A stretch of 64,000 bases of DNA from Candidatus Poseidoniaceae archaeon (GCA_965662895.1 CBFIJH010000012.1:2491-66490); one strand, 5' to 3'. Shown: positions 28,660-40,679, counted from the stretch's first letter. The notes: generated by a model not told the origin, from the sequence alone. Numbers and translations: made by a program.

Positions 28660-30261
28660 ATGACCTGGGAGAAGGACCCACTTCACGTCAAACCCAGCAA
28701 GGCGTATCTTCGGGTTCGCAGAGTCAATCGTGCCATCATGGATACGTGGTTTAGAGAAATATCAACTGTGGACGTCGACACACTACCTGAAGAGGGCGGC
28801 ATCATCTACACTGCATGGCATCCGGGTGGCTTGATTGACCCGATGTTAATGATGGCTGCACTTCCCGGAGGACTGACGTTTGCTGCAAAATCAACCTTGT
28901 TCAAAATACCTGTACTCTCGAGGATTATGAAATGGATAAATGTCCAACCCGTTCAACGAGAGCAGGATTCGGACCAATCTCCTGAGGAACGAAAAAAATC
29001 CAACTCAAAACTGATCGATACACTCGCTGATTTGGTTGCTAATGGGGAGCGTATCGCTATTTTCCCAGAGGGTATGAGCCACACAGAATCGTATGCAGTC
29101 GAACTCAAAACAGGCGCTGCACGAATTTATCTCGAGGCCCACAGAAGGGCTGTTGAAGCGGGAAAACCAACTCCGAATCTCGTACCAATTGGCCTCCACT
29201 ACAGTGACCAGCACAAATTCAGGGAACGAGTCAGTTTGCAAATTAATCGTGCTGTTGAGACCCCTCCGATGCCAAAAGAGAACGGAGCACCAGAACCGAC
29301 CACGGAGGAGCTTGACCAATACGACGACCAAGCACATGACCGGGCATGGTGCCACGAAGTTACCTCGATGCTGCAAACAGAAATCAATCGCATCAGTCAT
29401 GCACAAGAGTCATGGGAAGACCGTGAATTGGTGTGGCGTGCTCGTCGGATGATTCACACGATACGAAGCGGTGAAAACGTTTCAAAGATCAACTACAATG
29501 AGGCTGTTCTCGGCTCGAGGCGTGTACGGGCTGCTTGGCAGTATCTTTCAGTCCATGATCCAGAGCGTACGCAAGAAATTGAATCCAAGTTCCGTTCCCA
29601 TCACGATGAGATGGAACGGATTCAACTCCGGTCATGGGAACTTAAAGATCGCAAAAAGAAGATTTCAAAGAAAGCCTTTGCCAAAAATTTCGCCTTTTGG
29701 GTTTGGTCTGCATCATGGATGCTTGGTTTCGTAACCTGGTCGGCTATGATTGCAACAGGCGTCCCTTATCTCATCGTTCGTTTCTTAGTACGCATGAAAG
29801 CAAGCAAAGGAGAAAACAAAGCGGGAATTGGGTCAATGAAACTTCTCTATTCCATCGGCTTGTATCCGATATGGTGGATGTTCTGTGCGGTTTGTCTTGG
29901 TTGGTTTATTGCATCAGCATCATCGCCTCTTCAAGATTTCAAGTTGCCAGGTTTGATTCTTCCCGTACTTGCAGCGATTCCTTGGCCACTTGTATCGGTG
30001 ATTTTGCTGGTGTGGTGGCCAGTTTCAGCACGCCTGCATCTCAAATTGTTTCAGCGTCTTAGTAAATCATGGCGAAATCTCCGATTGTGGTTCAAACTAC
30101 GTAGCGGACAAATCGAATGGGACCATCTCATTGCCTCCCATCAAAATTTAGCCTCCCAAATGGCTTCAATTGGAAACGGGTTGATCTTACCAGGCGACCC
30201 AGATTGGAGAGATCCCCCGACGGGTAAGGATGATTGGGAAGCGGTTCAATTTCGTCCATAA
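28660..30261 (+). CDS. Glycerolipid acyltransferase (PlsC/GPAT superfamily) with C-terminal TM helices
   Basis: WHPGGLIDP, FAAKSTLF, PVQR, IFPEG.SH, LKTGAARI, VPIGLHY. Confidence 0.85.
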   Translation: MTWEKDPLHVKPSKAYLRVRRVNRAIMDTWFREISTVDVDTLPEEGGIIYTAWHPGGLIDPMLMMAALPGGLTFAAKSTLFKIPVLSRIMKWINVQPVQREQDSDQSPEERKKSNSKLIDTLADLVANGERIAIFPEGMSHTESYAVELKTGAARIYLEAHRRAVEAGKPTPNLVPIGLHYSDQHKFRERVSLQINRAVETPPMPKENGAPEPTTEELDQYDDQAHDRAWCHEVTSMLQTEINRISHAQESWEDRELVWRARRMIHTIRSGENVSKINYNEAVLGSRRVRAAWQYLSVHDPERTQEIESKFRSHHDEMERIQLRSWELKDRKKKISKKAFAKNFAFWVWSASWMLGFVTWSAMIATGVPYLIVRFLVRMKASKGENKAGIGSMKLLYSIGLYPIWWMFCAVCLGWFIASASSPLQDFKLPGLILPVLAAIPWPLVSVILLVWWPVSARLHLKLFQRLSKSWRNLRLWFKLRSGQIEWDHLIASHQNLASQMASIGNGLILPGDPDWRDPPTGKDDWEAVQFRP

Positions 30262-30335
30262 GAAGTCACCACTTTTCGGTTCGATGAAGGGTAACGAATA
30301 AGGGCGTCATGCACAACCGAGTATTGGTGAGAAGG

Positions 30336-31889
30336 GTGTCGTCAACAGAACAACGTCTCAATGACTTGCGTGCTCGAAAGGCTCGAAGCGAGGCTGGAGG
30401 AGGCCAAGCACGAATTGACGCACAACACAATCGTGGGAAAATGACCGCTCGAGAGCGACTGGACATGTTGCTTGATGAGGGAACCTTCCAAGAAATTGAT
30501 GCGCTCGTTGAACATCGATGTCGCGACTTTGACATGGACAAAAATGTGATTCCTGGTGATGGGGTCGTGACCGGACATGGTAAAATCAACGGCCGGGAAG
30601 TGTTTGCCTTCGCCCAAGATTTCACAGTATACGGTGGTTCTCTCGGGGAAATGCACGGGCTTAAAATCTGCAAAGTGCTTGATATGGCACTCAAAACGGG
30701 CCGCCCAGTCATCGGTTTGAACGATTCTGGGGGCGCTCGGATTCAGGAAGGTGTTGCATCGCTCGGTTCGTATGCTGAAATTTTCTTCCGTAATGTTCGC
30801 GCTTCTGGCGTCATTCCTCAGATTAGCGTAATCATGGGACCATGCGCAGGAGGTGCAGTCTACAGCCCAGCTATCACTGATTTTGTCATCATGGTCGATA
30901 AGACCGCTCACATGTTCATCACTGGTCCAGAAGTCATCAAGACGGTAACAAACGAAGTTGTCTCATTTGAGGATCTTGGCGGCGCCATGACGCATGCATC
31001 GAAATCCGGTGTATCTCATTTCACAGCGGACAGTGATGATGCAGCCATTCAACTTGCTCGAGACCTTTGCGATATGTTCCCATCAAACAACATGGATCGA
31101 GCCCCGCTACGCAAAACGTCCGACAGTCCAGATCGGATTTGTGAAGCCTTGGACACCATGATCCCACAAGATGCGAACAAACCGTACGATGTTACCGATG
31201 TCATTCGAGAAGTCCTTGACGATGGTGGCTTTTTGGAAGTTCAAGCCGATTATGCAATGAACATTGTTTGTGGATTTGGTCACCTTGCAGGACATACAGT
31301 CGGCGTGGTTGCCAACCAACCAAAGGTTCTAGCAGGATGTTTGGATATTGATGCAAGCGACAAGGCTGCACGATTCGTTCGATTTTGTGATGCATTCAAC
31401 ATTCCAATCCTCACGTTTGAAGACGTTCCTGGCTTCCTGCCTGGGACCAATCAAGAATGGGGTGGAATCATACGTCACGGTGCAAAATTACTCTACGCAT
31501 ATGCTGAAGCAACAGTGCCTAAACTTACGGTTATTCTTCGAAAGGCCTACGGTGGAGCATACGATGTGATGTCATCCAAGCACATTCGCGGCGATTACAA
31601 TGTTGCTTGGCCGAGTGCTGAATTGGCGGTTATGGGTGCAGATGGTGCCGTTGAGATTATCCATCGGCGTCGCATCAAAAACGCTCGCAACCAAGAACAA
31701 GAACGCCAACGCTTGGTCCAAGACTTTACAGACACATTCGCAAATCCATACAAGGCAGCAGCAATGGGGTACATCGATGATGTCATCGAACCGAGTGAAA
31801 CACGGACCCGTTTGTGCCGTGCGCTACTGATGCTCTTGGAAAAAGAAGAAATCCGGCCAGCAAAAAAGCACGGAAACATACCACTGTGA
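30336..31889 (+). CDS. pccB: Acyl-CoA (propionyl-CoA) carboxylase carboxyltransferase subunit / methylmalonyl-CoA decarboxylase alpha
   Basis: [54 protein letters not shown]. Probable GTG start at 30336 after GGTGA. Confidence 0.92.
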   Translation: MSSTEQRLNDLRARKARSEAGGGQARIDAQHNRGKMTARERLDMLLDEGTFQEIDALVEHRCRDFDMDKNVIPGDGVVTGHGKINGREVFAFAQDFTVYGGSLGEMHGLKICKVLDMALKTGRPVIGLNDSGGARIQEGVASLGSYAEIFFRNVRASGVIPQISVIMGPCAGGAVYSPAITDFVIMVDKTAHMFITGPEVIKTVTNEVVSFEDLGGAMTHASKSGVSHFTADSDDAAIQLARDLCDMFPSNNMDRAPLRKTSDSPDRICEALDTMIPQDANKPYDVTDVIREVLDDGGFLEVQADYAMNIVCGFGHLAGHTVGVVANQPKVLAGCLDIDASDKAARFVRFCDAFNIPILTFEDVPGFLPGTNQEWGGIIRHGAKLLYAYAEATVPKLTVILRKAYGGAYDVMSSKHIRGDYNVAWPSAELAVMGADGAVEIIHRRRIKNARNQEQERQRLVQDFTDTFANPYKAAAMGYIDDVIEPSETRTRLCRALLMLLEKEEIRPAKKHGNIPL

Positions 31890-32083
31890 TGATGAATATG
31901 GCTGATGAAGCGACACGAAGAATGGCTGCAATTGCGGCAGTGCTTAGCCTCATCGAGAGCGGTGAAGATGCATCGCAACGAGGAAGACAACGTGGTGAAG
32001 CATGGTCGCAAGATCATCGAAGAATCAACATGGGTCAGTCCTCGCTCATGCATTACAGAAGCAACAGAAGCCCTTGGAGATGA
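31889..32083 (+). CDS. Small acyl-CoA carboxylase epsilon-like subunit
   Basis: TGATG-coupled to pccB; AAIAAVL...AW...R pattern; lies between the carboxyltransferase and BCCP genes. Confidence 0.6.
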   Translation: MMNMADEATRRMAAIAAVLSLIESGEDASQRGRQRGEAWSQDHRRINMGQSSLMHYRSNRSPWR

Positions 32084-32087
32084 TACG

Positions 32088-32498
32088 ATGACAGAAAAGC
32101 GTACAGTCAAGATCAACGGTGAAGAATTCGAAGTTGAGATGACGCTCAACGACGATGGGAGTTACGATGCAACGGTTGAAGGCCAGACGTTTACCATCGA
32201 AATCCCAAATGCGCAAGCAGCGCCTCGTGCACGTAGAGGAGGCGGTTCAAAGAAGAAGAAGTCTGGAACAGTTTCTGCGAACATTCCGGGCAAAGTCGTC
32301 ACAGTCGAAGTTAACGAAGGCGATGTTGTCAAGGAAGGTCAAGTCATTTTGATCCTCGAAGCAATGAAGATGCAAAACGAGATTCAAGCGCCAATTGATG
32401 GAACAGTCATCAGCGTTGCTTGTGAAGAGGGACAAGCGATTGAAGCCAACGTTCCACTCGTTGTCATCGAGCCAGAACCAACCCCAGGTGAGGATTGA
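32088..32498 (+). CDS. Biotin carboxyl carrier protein
   Basis: ILEAMKMQNEIQAP biotinylation motif; IPGKVV. Start MTEKRT at 32088. Confidence 0.92.
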   Translation: MTEKRTVKINGEEFEVEMTLNDDGSYDATVEGQTFTIEIPNAQAAPRARRGGGSKKKKSGTVSANIPGKVVTVEVNEGDVVKEGQVILILEAMKMQNEIQAPIDGTVISVACEEGQAIEANVPLVVIEPEPTPGED

Positions 32499-32531
32499 GA
32501 AGCAACAGTTCAAGATGTATGAAGGCGAGGT

Positions 32532-32777
32532 ATGTGTATGAGCGACGGACCGGCGTGTGATTTTCCTGGTTGTGGAGAAGTGGGTGTTGTCATCTCACGG
32601 CTCTCTCCAGAAGGATATCTCGTCGCCACAGGCAAGAAAGCCTATTCATTCCGAGAAGCCTATCGGCGCTTCCACTACTGCAACAATCATCATGATGAGT
32701 TGATGAATGGGGTATGGTCTCGTGTCCGAAAACCGGACGACAAAAGCGATGGCCACGTTGCACCTACTGCAATTTGA
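32532..32777 (+). CDS. Small putative zinc-binding protein
   Basis: CDFPGC...HYCNNHH; fills the intergenic gap. Confidence 0.55.
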   Translation: MCMSDGPACDFPGCGEVGVVISRLSPEGYLVATGKKAYSFREAYRRFHYCNNHHDELMNGVWSRVRKPDDKSDGHVAPTAI

Positions 32778-32828
32778 AACCATTCAATCCGGCGCAGTCG
32801 TCATATACTTCCAACGTTTGGTCAACAT

Positions 32829-35800
32829 ATGTACGTTGCAAGAAAGAAGATTTCGTCAAAAACAAGTTCCGTTCTCTTGACGCTGATGATGGTACTCGCA
32901 TCGCTCTTGGTCACCGTTGCTCCTGCAGCTCAAGCAGTCGGAGCCAATCAAAACGATCTCAACTCTGGTGGAGACCTTCCAGACAACACAAGCGTTGGAA
33001 TCACCAATTACATTTTCTCAGGCAGTTACAGTGGTTCTGGCGAATTGGATTATGGCGATGACAACGACATCATCCGTGTTGCGCTCAATGCGAACCAAGG
33101 CCTTGCAGCGACCCTCTCCTTCCCTTCTTCAACCACATTCAGTAACGGAACGACCGTCAACAATCAATTCCAACTCGGCTTTTACAACAACACACAATCG
33201 TTCATGGGTCTTGCAGGAGCAACCAACCCAGTCATGCTTACCACCAACGGCTCAATTTCTGTCCCGCATGACGGCATGGTTTACGTCAACATCTCACGTG
33301 CTACTGGATCTGGAAGTTGGTCGCTGACGCTCTACAAATTCACCGTCTCAAGTACGGGTGGCGGTGGAACTGGTGGATCCTCAACCAACGGACCTCCCGG
33401 TGCTGGGACAACGAACCTCACTGTACTGAATACAACCTATCTCAATGGTTCTCATTCCTATGATGACCTTTACATCGGTTGCGGAGTATCATCGTGCGGA
33501 TCCATTGTCACCACGGGTGATCTCATCCTCAGCGTCAACACACTCACAGTCACGAATGGAGCATCCATCATCGCTTACGATCAGCCGACCAATACACAAG
33601 GTGTGGGAGGATCAACCCAAATGTCTGCAAGTTACCTCGGTGATGGTGGAGGCGGTGCTGGCCACAGCGCATCTGGTGGTAATGGAGGCACTTCTTCTGG
33701 AACAAGCAGCAACGGAGGTTCAAGCTTTGGAATTGGAAATGAGACCGGTTCAAATGGCGGTAGCGTTTCTGACAACAACGGCAACACCGTTTCTGCAGGA
33801 GGAAATGGAGGGGGACGAGTCGTCATTTATGCCGATACGATTGAAATTTACGGAACGGTTGATGCATCTGGACAAGATGGTGAACAAGGTTATCGATATC
33901 AAAATGGGTCAGGGAACGGTGGCTCTGGAGCTGGTGGTGGTTCTGCTGGAAGCATCATCATGCGAGCAAATGAACTCACAATCGGAGCATCAAGTGGCGG
34001 TTCCATCCTTGCCCAAGGTGGCGACGGTGGCGACGGAGCAGACGGAGATTGTTTACCGGGTAATCCATGTGTTGGCCTTCTTCACGGCGGCCAAGGTGGC
34101 GGAGGTGGTGCTGGCGGAAGCATCGACATTCGAGCCAATAGCGCTTCGAACCTCAATATCTCACCGAGTGCGACCATCTCTTCAAGCGGTGGAAGCGGTG
34201 GTGCTGGAGGTTCACCCTATGGAACGGGATCGGCTGGAAACTCAGGATCTTCTGGTGGTAATGGAAACGCAAACAGCGGTACATGGACGGGTTGGAGTTC
34301 CTCGAACCCACCCACTCCTCCAACTTCTGGCATACCCAATCCATGCATCGGAGGCGGTACGAACGCAGCTGGAAACATCGTTGCAGATACGCTCGAAGTC
34401 AACGATGCCCAATCGACAGCGTCCCCAGCAAGCATCCTTCCGATTTCGTGTACCGATCTCTCACTCCATACAGCAACGGATTCAGACTATTTCGAAGTTC
34501 AGTTGGTTACCGGTGTCACCTATTACGTCAATGTCACATTCATTGATGCAATCCAGGACGTCGACGTTGAATGGGATGACATCAATGGCACATTTTTGGC
34601 CTCCGGTGCTTCAACCACCGATAACGAATTCCTAACGGTCACATCAACACAAAACGTTACCTCCTACGTGAGAGTTTACCCCTACACGTTTAGCGGAACG
34701 TCAAATCCTATCTCTTACAACATCACCATCGAAACCGACAATCCGGGTGGTGGTCAAAGCCTTGAACTGGCATATGTCAACATTCTCAACAGCACGAACG
34801 CTGGAGTTTCGTTTGCTGGACTACAATCGAACACCACCTACAATTACACAACTGTGTTGACGCAAAACATGATTGGAAACACCTCAGTTTCGTACAACCT
34901 TGGAAATGGAACCTTCAATTCTTCCAATTCATCAACGTACGCATTTGGTGTGAATTACACATCGGAAAACAACCAATCTACCCTCGAGGTCCTTGTTCTG
35001 TTGTACGATGCAAACGGGAACCTGATTGCCACTGGATTTGATGAATTTGATATTGACCTCATGGAACTTGAGGCAACATCCTCAACTACGGGGGAAATCA
35101 ATCTCACAAACCTGAGCATTGGAACAAATTACGATCTTGTGTGGATGGTCTATGATTACACCAATTTCTCAAATGCGATTTTCTCCAACAACAGCGTCTA
35201 CGATGCACTCAATGTTTCGGTTATCGATAAGAACACAACAACGTTTACTGCGCTTTCGAATACCCGAGATTTTAACGTAACCTGGGCTGGTCCAACCACA
35301 ACAAACTTGCACGTGTTCTTCGCCGTACTCAGTCTGAACGGAACCACAATTAATCTCGAGAACAACGAAAACTTCTCTGCATTCCAAGATGACTTGTTCA
35401 TCCCAAGATTACCATCGATTGTCATTAGCAGTGTATCATCAAGCGTGAATTCAACAACCAATGATGTGACAACCCGAGGACTTGATCTTGTTGTTGGAGA
35501 TACCTACAACTACAGAATCAAGATTTTGGATTCAGGGAATGCAACGATTGCTCAATCACCTTTGACGACTGTTAACGCAACCTACCAAGGAATGAGTTTC
35601 GGCACATGGAGCTACACCACGCCTACAACCTCGGGACGCTACTGTGCCTTTGCCGAGTTGTACGAAGCGGATGGCACACAGCGGATTGGCGATATCTCGT
35701 GCTTTACACTCACCTTCGATTCTGACTTTGACGGCGTGGCCAATGAACTCGATCAATGCCCATCCAGTCCAGCAGGTGCCATCGTTGACCAATTTGGATG

Positions 35801-37898
35801 CGCTGCGAATCAGCGCGACACCGATGGCGATGGCGTCAATGACGACATGGATGATTTTGTCAACGATTCATCCCAGTGGTCGGACCAAGATGGTGACGGT
35901 TACGGAGATAATCCAAACGGAAACAACTCCGATGATTTCCCGAGCGATGCTACACAATGGTCGGACCAAGATGGTGACGGTTATGGTGACAACCAAAACG
36001 GTTCATTCCCAGATGCATTTCCAACCGATGGTACGCAATGGAGTGACATGGATGGCGACGGTTATGGTGACAATCCAAGCGGAAATAATCCGGACCTCTG
36101 GACCAACGACAGTTCACAATGGTTTGATTCCGACGGCGATGGGTATGGAGACAATCCTACTGGAACAAATGGGGATGAATTCCCAACCGATGGCACACAA
36201 TGGTCCGATCAAGACGGTGACGGCTTTGGGGACAACCAATCTGGTAACAACCCTGACGCATTCCCTGCTGATGCAACACAGTGGGCTGATTCCGATGGCG
36301 ATGGATATGGTGATAATCGAAATGGAAACAACGGTGATCGATTCCCAACCGATGGTACACAATGGTCCGACCAGGACAACGATGGATACGGAGACAATCA
36401 AGCAGGAAACGAACCTGATGCCTTCCCAACCGATGGCACACAATGGTCGGATGCTGATGGTGACGGGTACGGCGATAACCAAGGCGGTGCCAATGCCGAC
36501 AAGTTCCCGAACGACAACACGCAATGGAGCGACTTGGATGGAGATGGATACGGAGACAACGCCAACGGCAATAATCCAGACCTCTGTCCGAACACGCCGT
36601 TTGGTCAGTCCGTCGATTCAACGGGATGTTCTGATGCGCAACTCGATGATGATGGCGATGGTGTTTCCAACAACCTCGACATTTGTCCGAACACCCCTGG
36701 AGGCGAGCTTGTGGATTACAACGGCTGTTCTTCGACCGAACTTGATGGTGACCTCGATGGAATCAAGGACGCTTACGACAACTGCAAATCAACGCCTCTA
36801 GGAGCAACTGTTGATGCAAGCGGTTGTGCTGATTCAGAAAAAGACAGTGACTCTGACGGAATAACAGACGACATTGATCAATGTCCAACCACGCCTACGG
36901 GAAGCACACCGAACATCTTCGGTTGCTCTGCTGAAGAACGTGACCAAGATAACGACCAAGTTGCTGACAGTGACGATCTTTGTTTCAATACTGCCGATGG
37001 TGCAACTGTTGACAGCGATGGTTGTGCAGAAAGTCAGAAAGACAGCGATACCGATGGTGTATCGGATGACCTTGATACCTGTGTGGGAACACCTCCTCTT
37101 TCCCTTGTTGATGAAAACGGCTGCAGCGACTCACAACTTGACGATGACAACGACCAGATTTTCAATGACGAAGACATTTGTCCTGCCACCCCTCAAGGAG
37201 AGGCTCCGGATTCACAAGGATGCTCTGCAAGTCAACTCGACGATGATGGTGACACCATCAGCAACGCAGATGATCTCTGTCCAATGACCAGCCCCGACCC
37301 TTCACTGGATGCGAATGGATGTGTGTCGAGTCAACGTGACACTGACATGGATGGTCTCTTTGACAATCAAGATGATTGTCCTGCAACAAACCTGACCAGT
37401 GTTGCTGATGACGATGGATGTGCACCGGAGCAGTTGGATGCGGATGGAGATGGTTACAACGATCTCATCGATGCATTCCCTCTTGACCCTCTGGAATGGG
37501 AGGACTCCGATGGAGACGGTGTACCAAACCGCCAGGATGCGTTCCCTGATGACCCGACCCAAACAAAAGCTGAAGCGGAAAGCGGCGGTTCTGGATTCTT
37601 GATCTATACGCTGGTTGCAATACTCGTTTTGGGAGCACTCGCAGGACTCGGCGTCATGCGTCGAAACTCGATGATGGACGCTGAGAAGGTGAGTCCTTTC
37701 ACGCAAGAACCCGTCGTACAAGGCCAGATGGAAACGCAAATGCTTGAACAGCAAACAACCATCGAGACGAACGATGCAATGAGTGGGAATCAAGAATGGG
37801 AAGAAAATGGTGTTCGCTGGCTACGTCAAGAGGATGGTTCCTTGTTCTACCTTGACGGTCAATCGAACCAATGGGTTGCATTCGAACAATCGCAATAA
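32829..37898 (+). CDS. Large surface protein: PPC-like domains, Gly-rich region, TSP3 Ca-binding repeats, TM anchor and a short Trp-rich cytoplasmic tail
   Basis: Signal peptide, DSDYFEV (PPC-like), many DxDGDG repeats, TM FLIYTLVAILVLGALAGLGVM, many N-x-S/T sequons. Confidence 0.9.
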   Translation: MYVARKKISSKTSSVLLTLMMVLASLLVTVAPAAQAVGANQNDLNSGGDLPDNTSVGITNYIFSGSYSGSGELDYGDDNDIIRVALNANQGLAATLSFPSSTTFSNGTTVNNQFQLGFYNNTQSFMGLAGATNPVMLTTNGSISVPHDGMVYVNISRATGSGSWSLTLYKFTVSSTGGGGTGGSSTNGPPGAGTTNLTVLNTTYLNGSHSYDDLYIGCGVSSCGSIVTTGDLILSVNTLTVTNGASIIAYDQPTNTQGVGGSTQMSASYLGDGGGGAGHSASGGNGGTSSGTSSNGGSSFGIGNETGSNGGSVSDNNGNTVSAGGNGGGRVVIYADTIEIYGTVDASGQDGEQGYRYQNGSGNGGSGAGGGSAGSIIMRANELTIGASSGGSILAQGGDGGDGADGDCLPGNPCVGLLHGGQGGGGGAGGSIDIRANSASNLNISPSATISSSGGSGGAGGSPYGTGSAGNSGSSGGNGNANSGTWTGWSSSNPPTPPTSGIPNPCIGGGTNAAGNIVADTLEVNDAQSTASPASILPISCTDLSLHTATDSDYFEVQLVTGVTYYVNVTFIDAIQDVDVEWDDINGTFLASGASTTDNEFLTVTSTQNVTSYVRVYPYTFSGTSNPISYNITIETDNPGGGQSLELAYVNILNSTNAGVSFAGLQSNTTYNYTTVLTQNMIGNTSVSYNLGNGTFNSSNSSTYAFGVNYTSENNQSTLEVLVLLYDANGNLIATGFDEFDIDLMELEATSSTTGEINLTNLSIGTNYDLVWMVYDYTNFSNAIFSNNSVYDALNVSVIDKNTTTFTALSNTRDFNVTWAGPTTTNLHVFFAVLSLNGTTINLENNENFSAFQDDLFIPRLPSIVISSVSSSVNSTTNDVTTRGLDLVVGDTYNYRIKILDSGNATIAQSPLTTVNATYQGMSFGTWSYTTPTTSGRYCAFAELYEADGTQRIGDISCFTLTFDSDFDGVANELDQCPSSPAGAIVDQFGCAANQRDTDGDGVNDDMDDFVNDSSQWSDQDGDGYGDNPNGNNSDDFPSDATQWSDQDGDGYGDNQNGSFPDAFPTDGTQWSDMDGDGYGDNPSGNNPDLWTNDSSQWFDSDGDGYGDNPTGTNGDEFPTDGTQWSDQDGDGFGDNQSGNNPDAFPADATQWADSDGDGYGDNRNGNNGDRFPTDGTQWSDQDNDGYGDNQAGNEPDAFPTDGTQWSDADGDGYGDNQGGANADKFPNDNTQWSDLDGDGYGDNANGNNPDLCPNTPFGQSVDSTGCSDAQLDDDGDGVSNNLDICPNTPGGELVDYNGCSSTELDGDLDGIKDAYDNCKSTPLGATVDASGCADSEKDSDSDGITDDIDQCPTTPTGSTPNIFGCSAEERDQDNDQVADSDDLCFNTADGATVDSDGCAESQKDSDTDGVSDDLDTCVGTPPLSLVDENGCSDSQLDDDNDQIFNDEDICPATPQGEAPDSQGCSASQLDDDGDTISNADDLCPMTSPDPSLDANGCVSSQRDTDMDGLFDNQDDCPATNLTSVADDDGCAPEQLDADGDGYNDLIDAFPLDPLEWEDSDGDGVPNRQDAFPDDPTQTKAEAESGGSGFLIYTLVAILVLGALAGLGVMRRNSMMDAEKVSPFTQEPVVQGQMETQMLEQQTTIETNDAMSGNQEWEENGVRWLRQEDGSLFYLDGQSNQWVAFEQSQ
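35874..37470 (+). repeat. Intragenic tandem repeats: 9 x 81 bp (27 aa, QWSDxDGDGYGDN...) followed by about 9 x 99 bp (33 aa, DxCPxT...GC...DxDxDG)
   Basis: QW codons recur at exactly 81-bp spacing from 35874 to 36522; Cys-pair repeats follow. Confidence 0.85.
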
Positions 37899-37949
37899 TG
37901 TGATTCTTCTCGGGCAAGGATTTACTTTCCTCCGATTGTTCAGACAACC

Positions 37950-38591
37950 ATGGAGGAGAGACTTCAGCGAGACAACCTCGCTGAAATAGCGCTAAGCGCC
38001 ATGGTCAGCATGATCATGATTCTCCTCTTTTCTGCCATTGTAGCAGGGATGGCTTTGATGATGATTGAACAAGCATTCATGCAATCCAAATCACAATCTG
38101 TGGAGCAATCTGAAACATTGAATTCAATACCTATGGTCCTCGTATTTGAGGTCGAAACGTTCGATGAAATTGATAATACGGATGATCAACTCTACATGAT
38201 GTTCAAGTTTCCTTATGCTGGTAGCGACATACCCGATGTCAATGTCAAGTGGGCGATGATGTGTGATATCATGGACATCGATCCCGGTTCTGTCAACAGC
38301 AAAGTTGCTCATACACTGGTCTACTCGAGCGGAGATTTTGATGCTGCAACGGAATTATCAGGAAATGCACAAGATGATGCTGCGATTGATTCATTCGTTC
38401 CAGGCACCTACTATCACATCATTATCGATGTTGACGACCCCACAAGAGTTCCACAAGGCCCTCCTGTTGAGTGCGATCTTGTTGAGGATATGTCGGCAAC
38501 CTTGGTTCTTGCAGTCGAAAACGGCCGAACGACTGAATTGGATTTCTATATTCCAACGGATGTTCGTCCAGGCCATGATCTTATGAGTTGA
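37950..38591 (+). CDS. Archaellin/type IV pilin-like protein
   Basis: Short charged leader, then A-EIALSAMVSMIMILLFSAIVAGMAL hydrophobic helix; paralogous layout to the next gene. Confidence 0.6.
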   Translation: MEERLQRDNLAEIALSAMVSMIMILLFSAIVAGMALMMIEQAFMQSKSQSVEQSETLNSIPMVLVFEVETFDEIDNTDDQLYMMFKFPYAGSDIPDVNVKWAMMCDIMDIDPGSVNSKVAHTLVYSSGDFDAATELSGNAQDDAAIDSFVPGTYYHIIIDVDDPTRVPQGPPVECDLVEDMSATLVLAVENGRTTELDFYIPTDVRPGHDLMS

Positions 38592-38595
38592 TTTT

Positions 38596-39219
38596 ATGCG
38601 AGAAGAAAATGACATCCTCGCACAAGTTGGCATCGGTGCAATGATTGTGTTTATTGGGTCGCTCATTGCAGTTATTTCTTCGTCATACGTTATGCTCAAT
38701 CAACTCGAGCGAATTGCCGAAACAACGGAAAAAACAGTGAGTATTGCGACAAAAGATGCTCATACGCAGATTATTTTTGTTGGAGGTTGGATTGATGACG
38801 ATTTTGATGATTATCTTTTCATGATTGAATACCAAAGCCTGGGCAAAGAAGTCATCACCAACGAGATCGGATATGTCCTTTGGTGTGAACTCAACGATGT
38901 AATTCATCGACGGTATGGATATCTTGGTGACTTTTTAGCATCTGCGCCAGATGACACGACAATCTGGCCAGTTGGAGATGATCCAGAAGATGGTATCCCA
39001 GAAACATTGGAATCTGGAAATCGCTACTTCGTCATCGCTGATGGAGGCAGAGGAGGAGGTTCAACAGGCGATGGAGGCAATCCTGGCAACGCCTGCGGGC
39101 CGGAGTTCATTTATGAGAATGGGATTACGGCGTATTATTCCATTTACTTACCGAATGGTGGCCATACCACACAAGAATTGAAGATCACGAATTATGCTGT
39201 TGGAGAATCTGTGACGTGA
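38596..39219 (+). CDS. Archaellin/type IV pilin-like protein
   Basis: A-QVGIGAMIVFIG closely resembles the archaellin N-terminal consensus QVGIGTLIVFIA. Confidence 0.75.
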   Translation: MREENDILAQVGIGAMIVFIGSLIAVISSSYVMLNQLERIAETTEKTVSIATKDAHTQIIFVGGWIDDDFDDYLFMIEYQSLGKEVITNEIGYVLWCELNDVIHRRYGYLGDFLASAPDDTTIWPVGDDPEDGIPETLESGNRYFVIADGGRGGGSTGDGGNPGNACGPEFIYENGITAYYSIYLPNGGHTTQELKITNYAVGESVT

Positions 39220-39293
39220 TTCGATCTCTCAATGAATGAGAGGGACCATCAACCACAAGGCCAGTATGTGACAATGATTGCTGATGGTTAAAA

Positions 39294-40679
<1,386 letters not shown>

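Noticed and set aside
33445-36801. Long alternative-frame ORFs (396 and 385 aa) inside the surface protein gene
   Set aside because: They are frame-shift shadows of Gly/Asp-rich repetitive codons, which rarely produce stops.
35874-37470. Periodic repeats as a CRISPR array
   Set aside because: The repeats are in-frame, degenerate at synonymous sites and encode TSP3 motifs. There are no cas genes and no identical repeat/spacer pattern.
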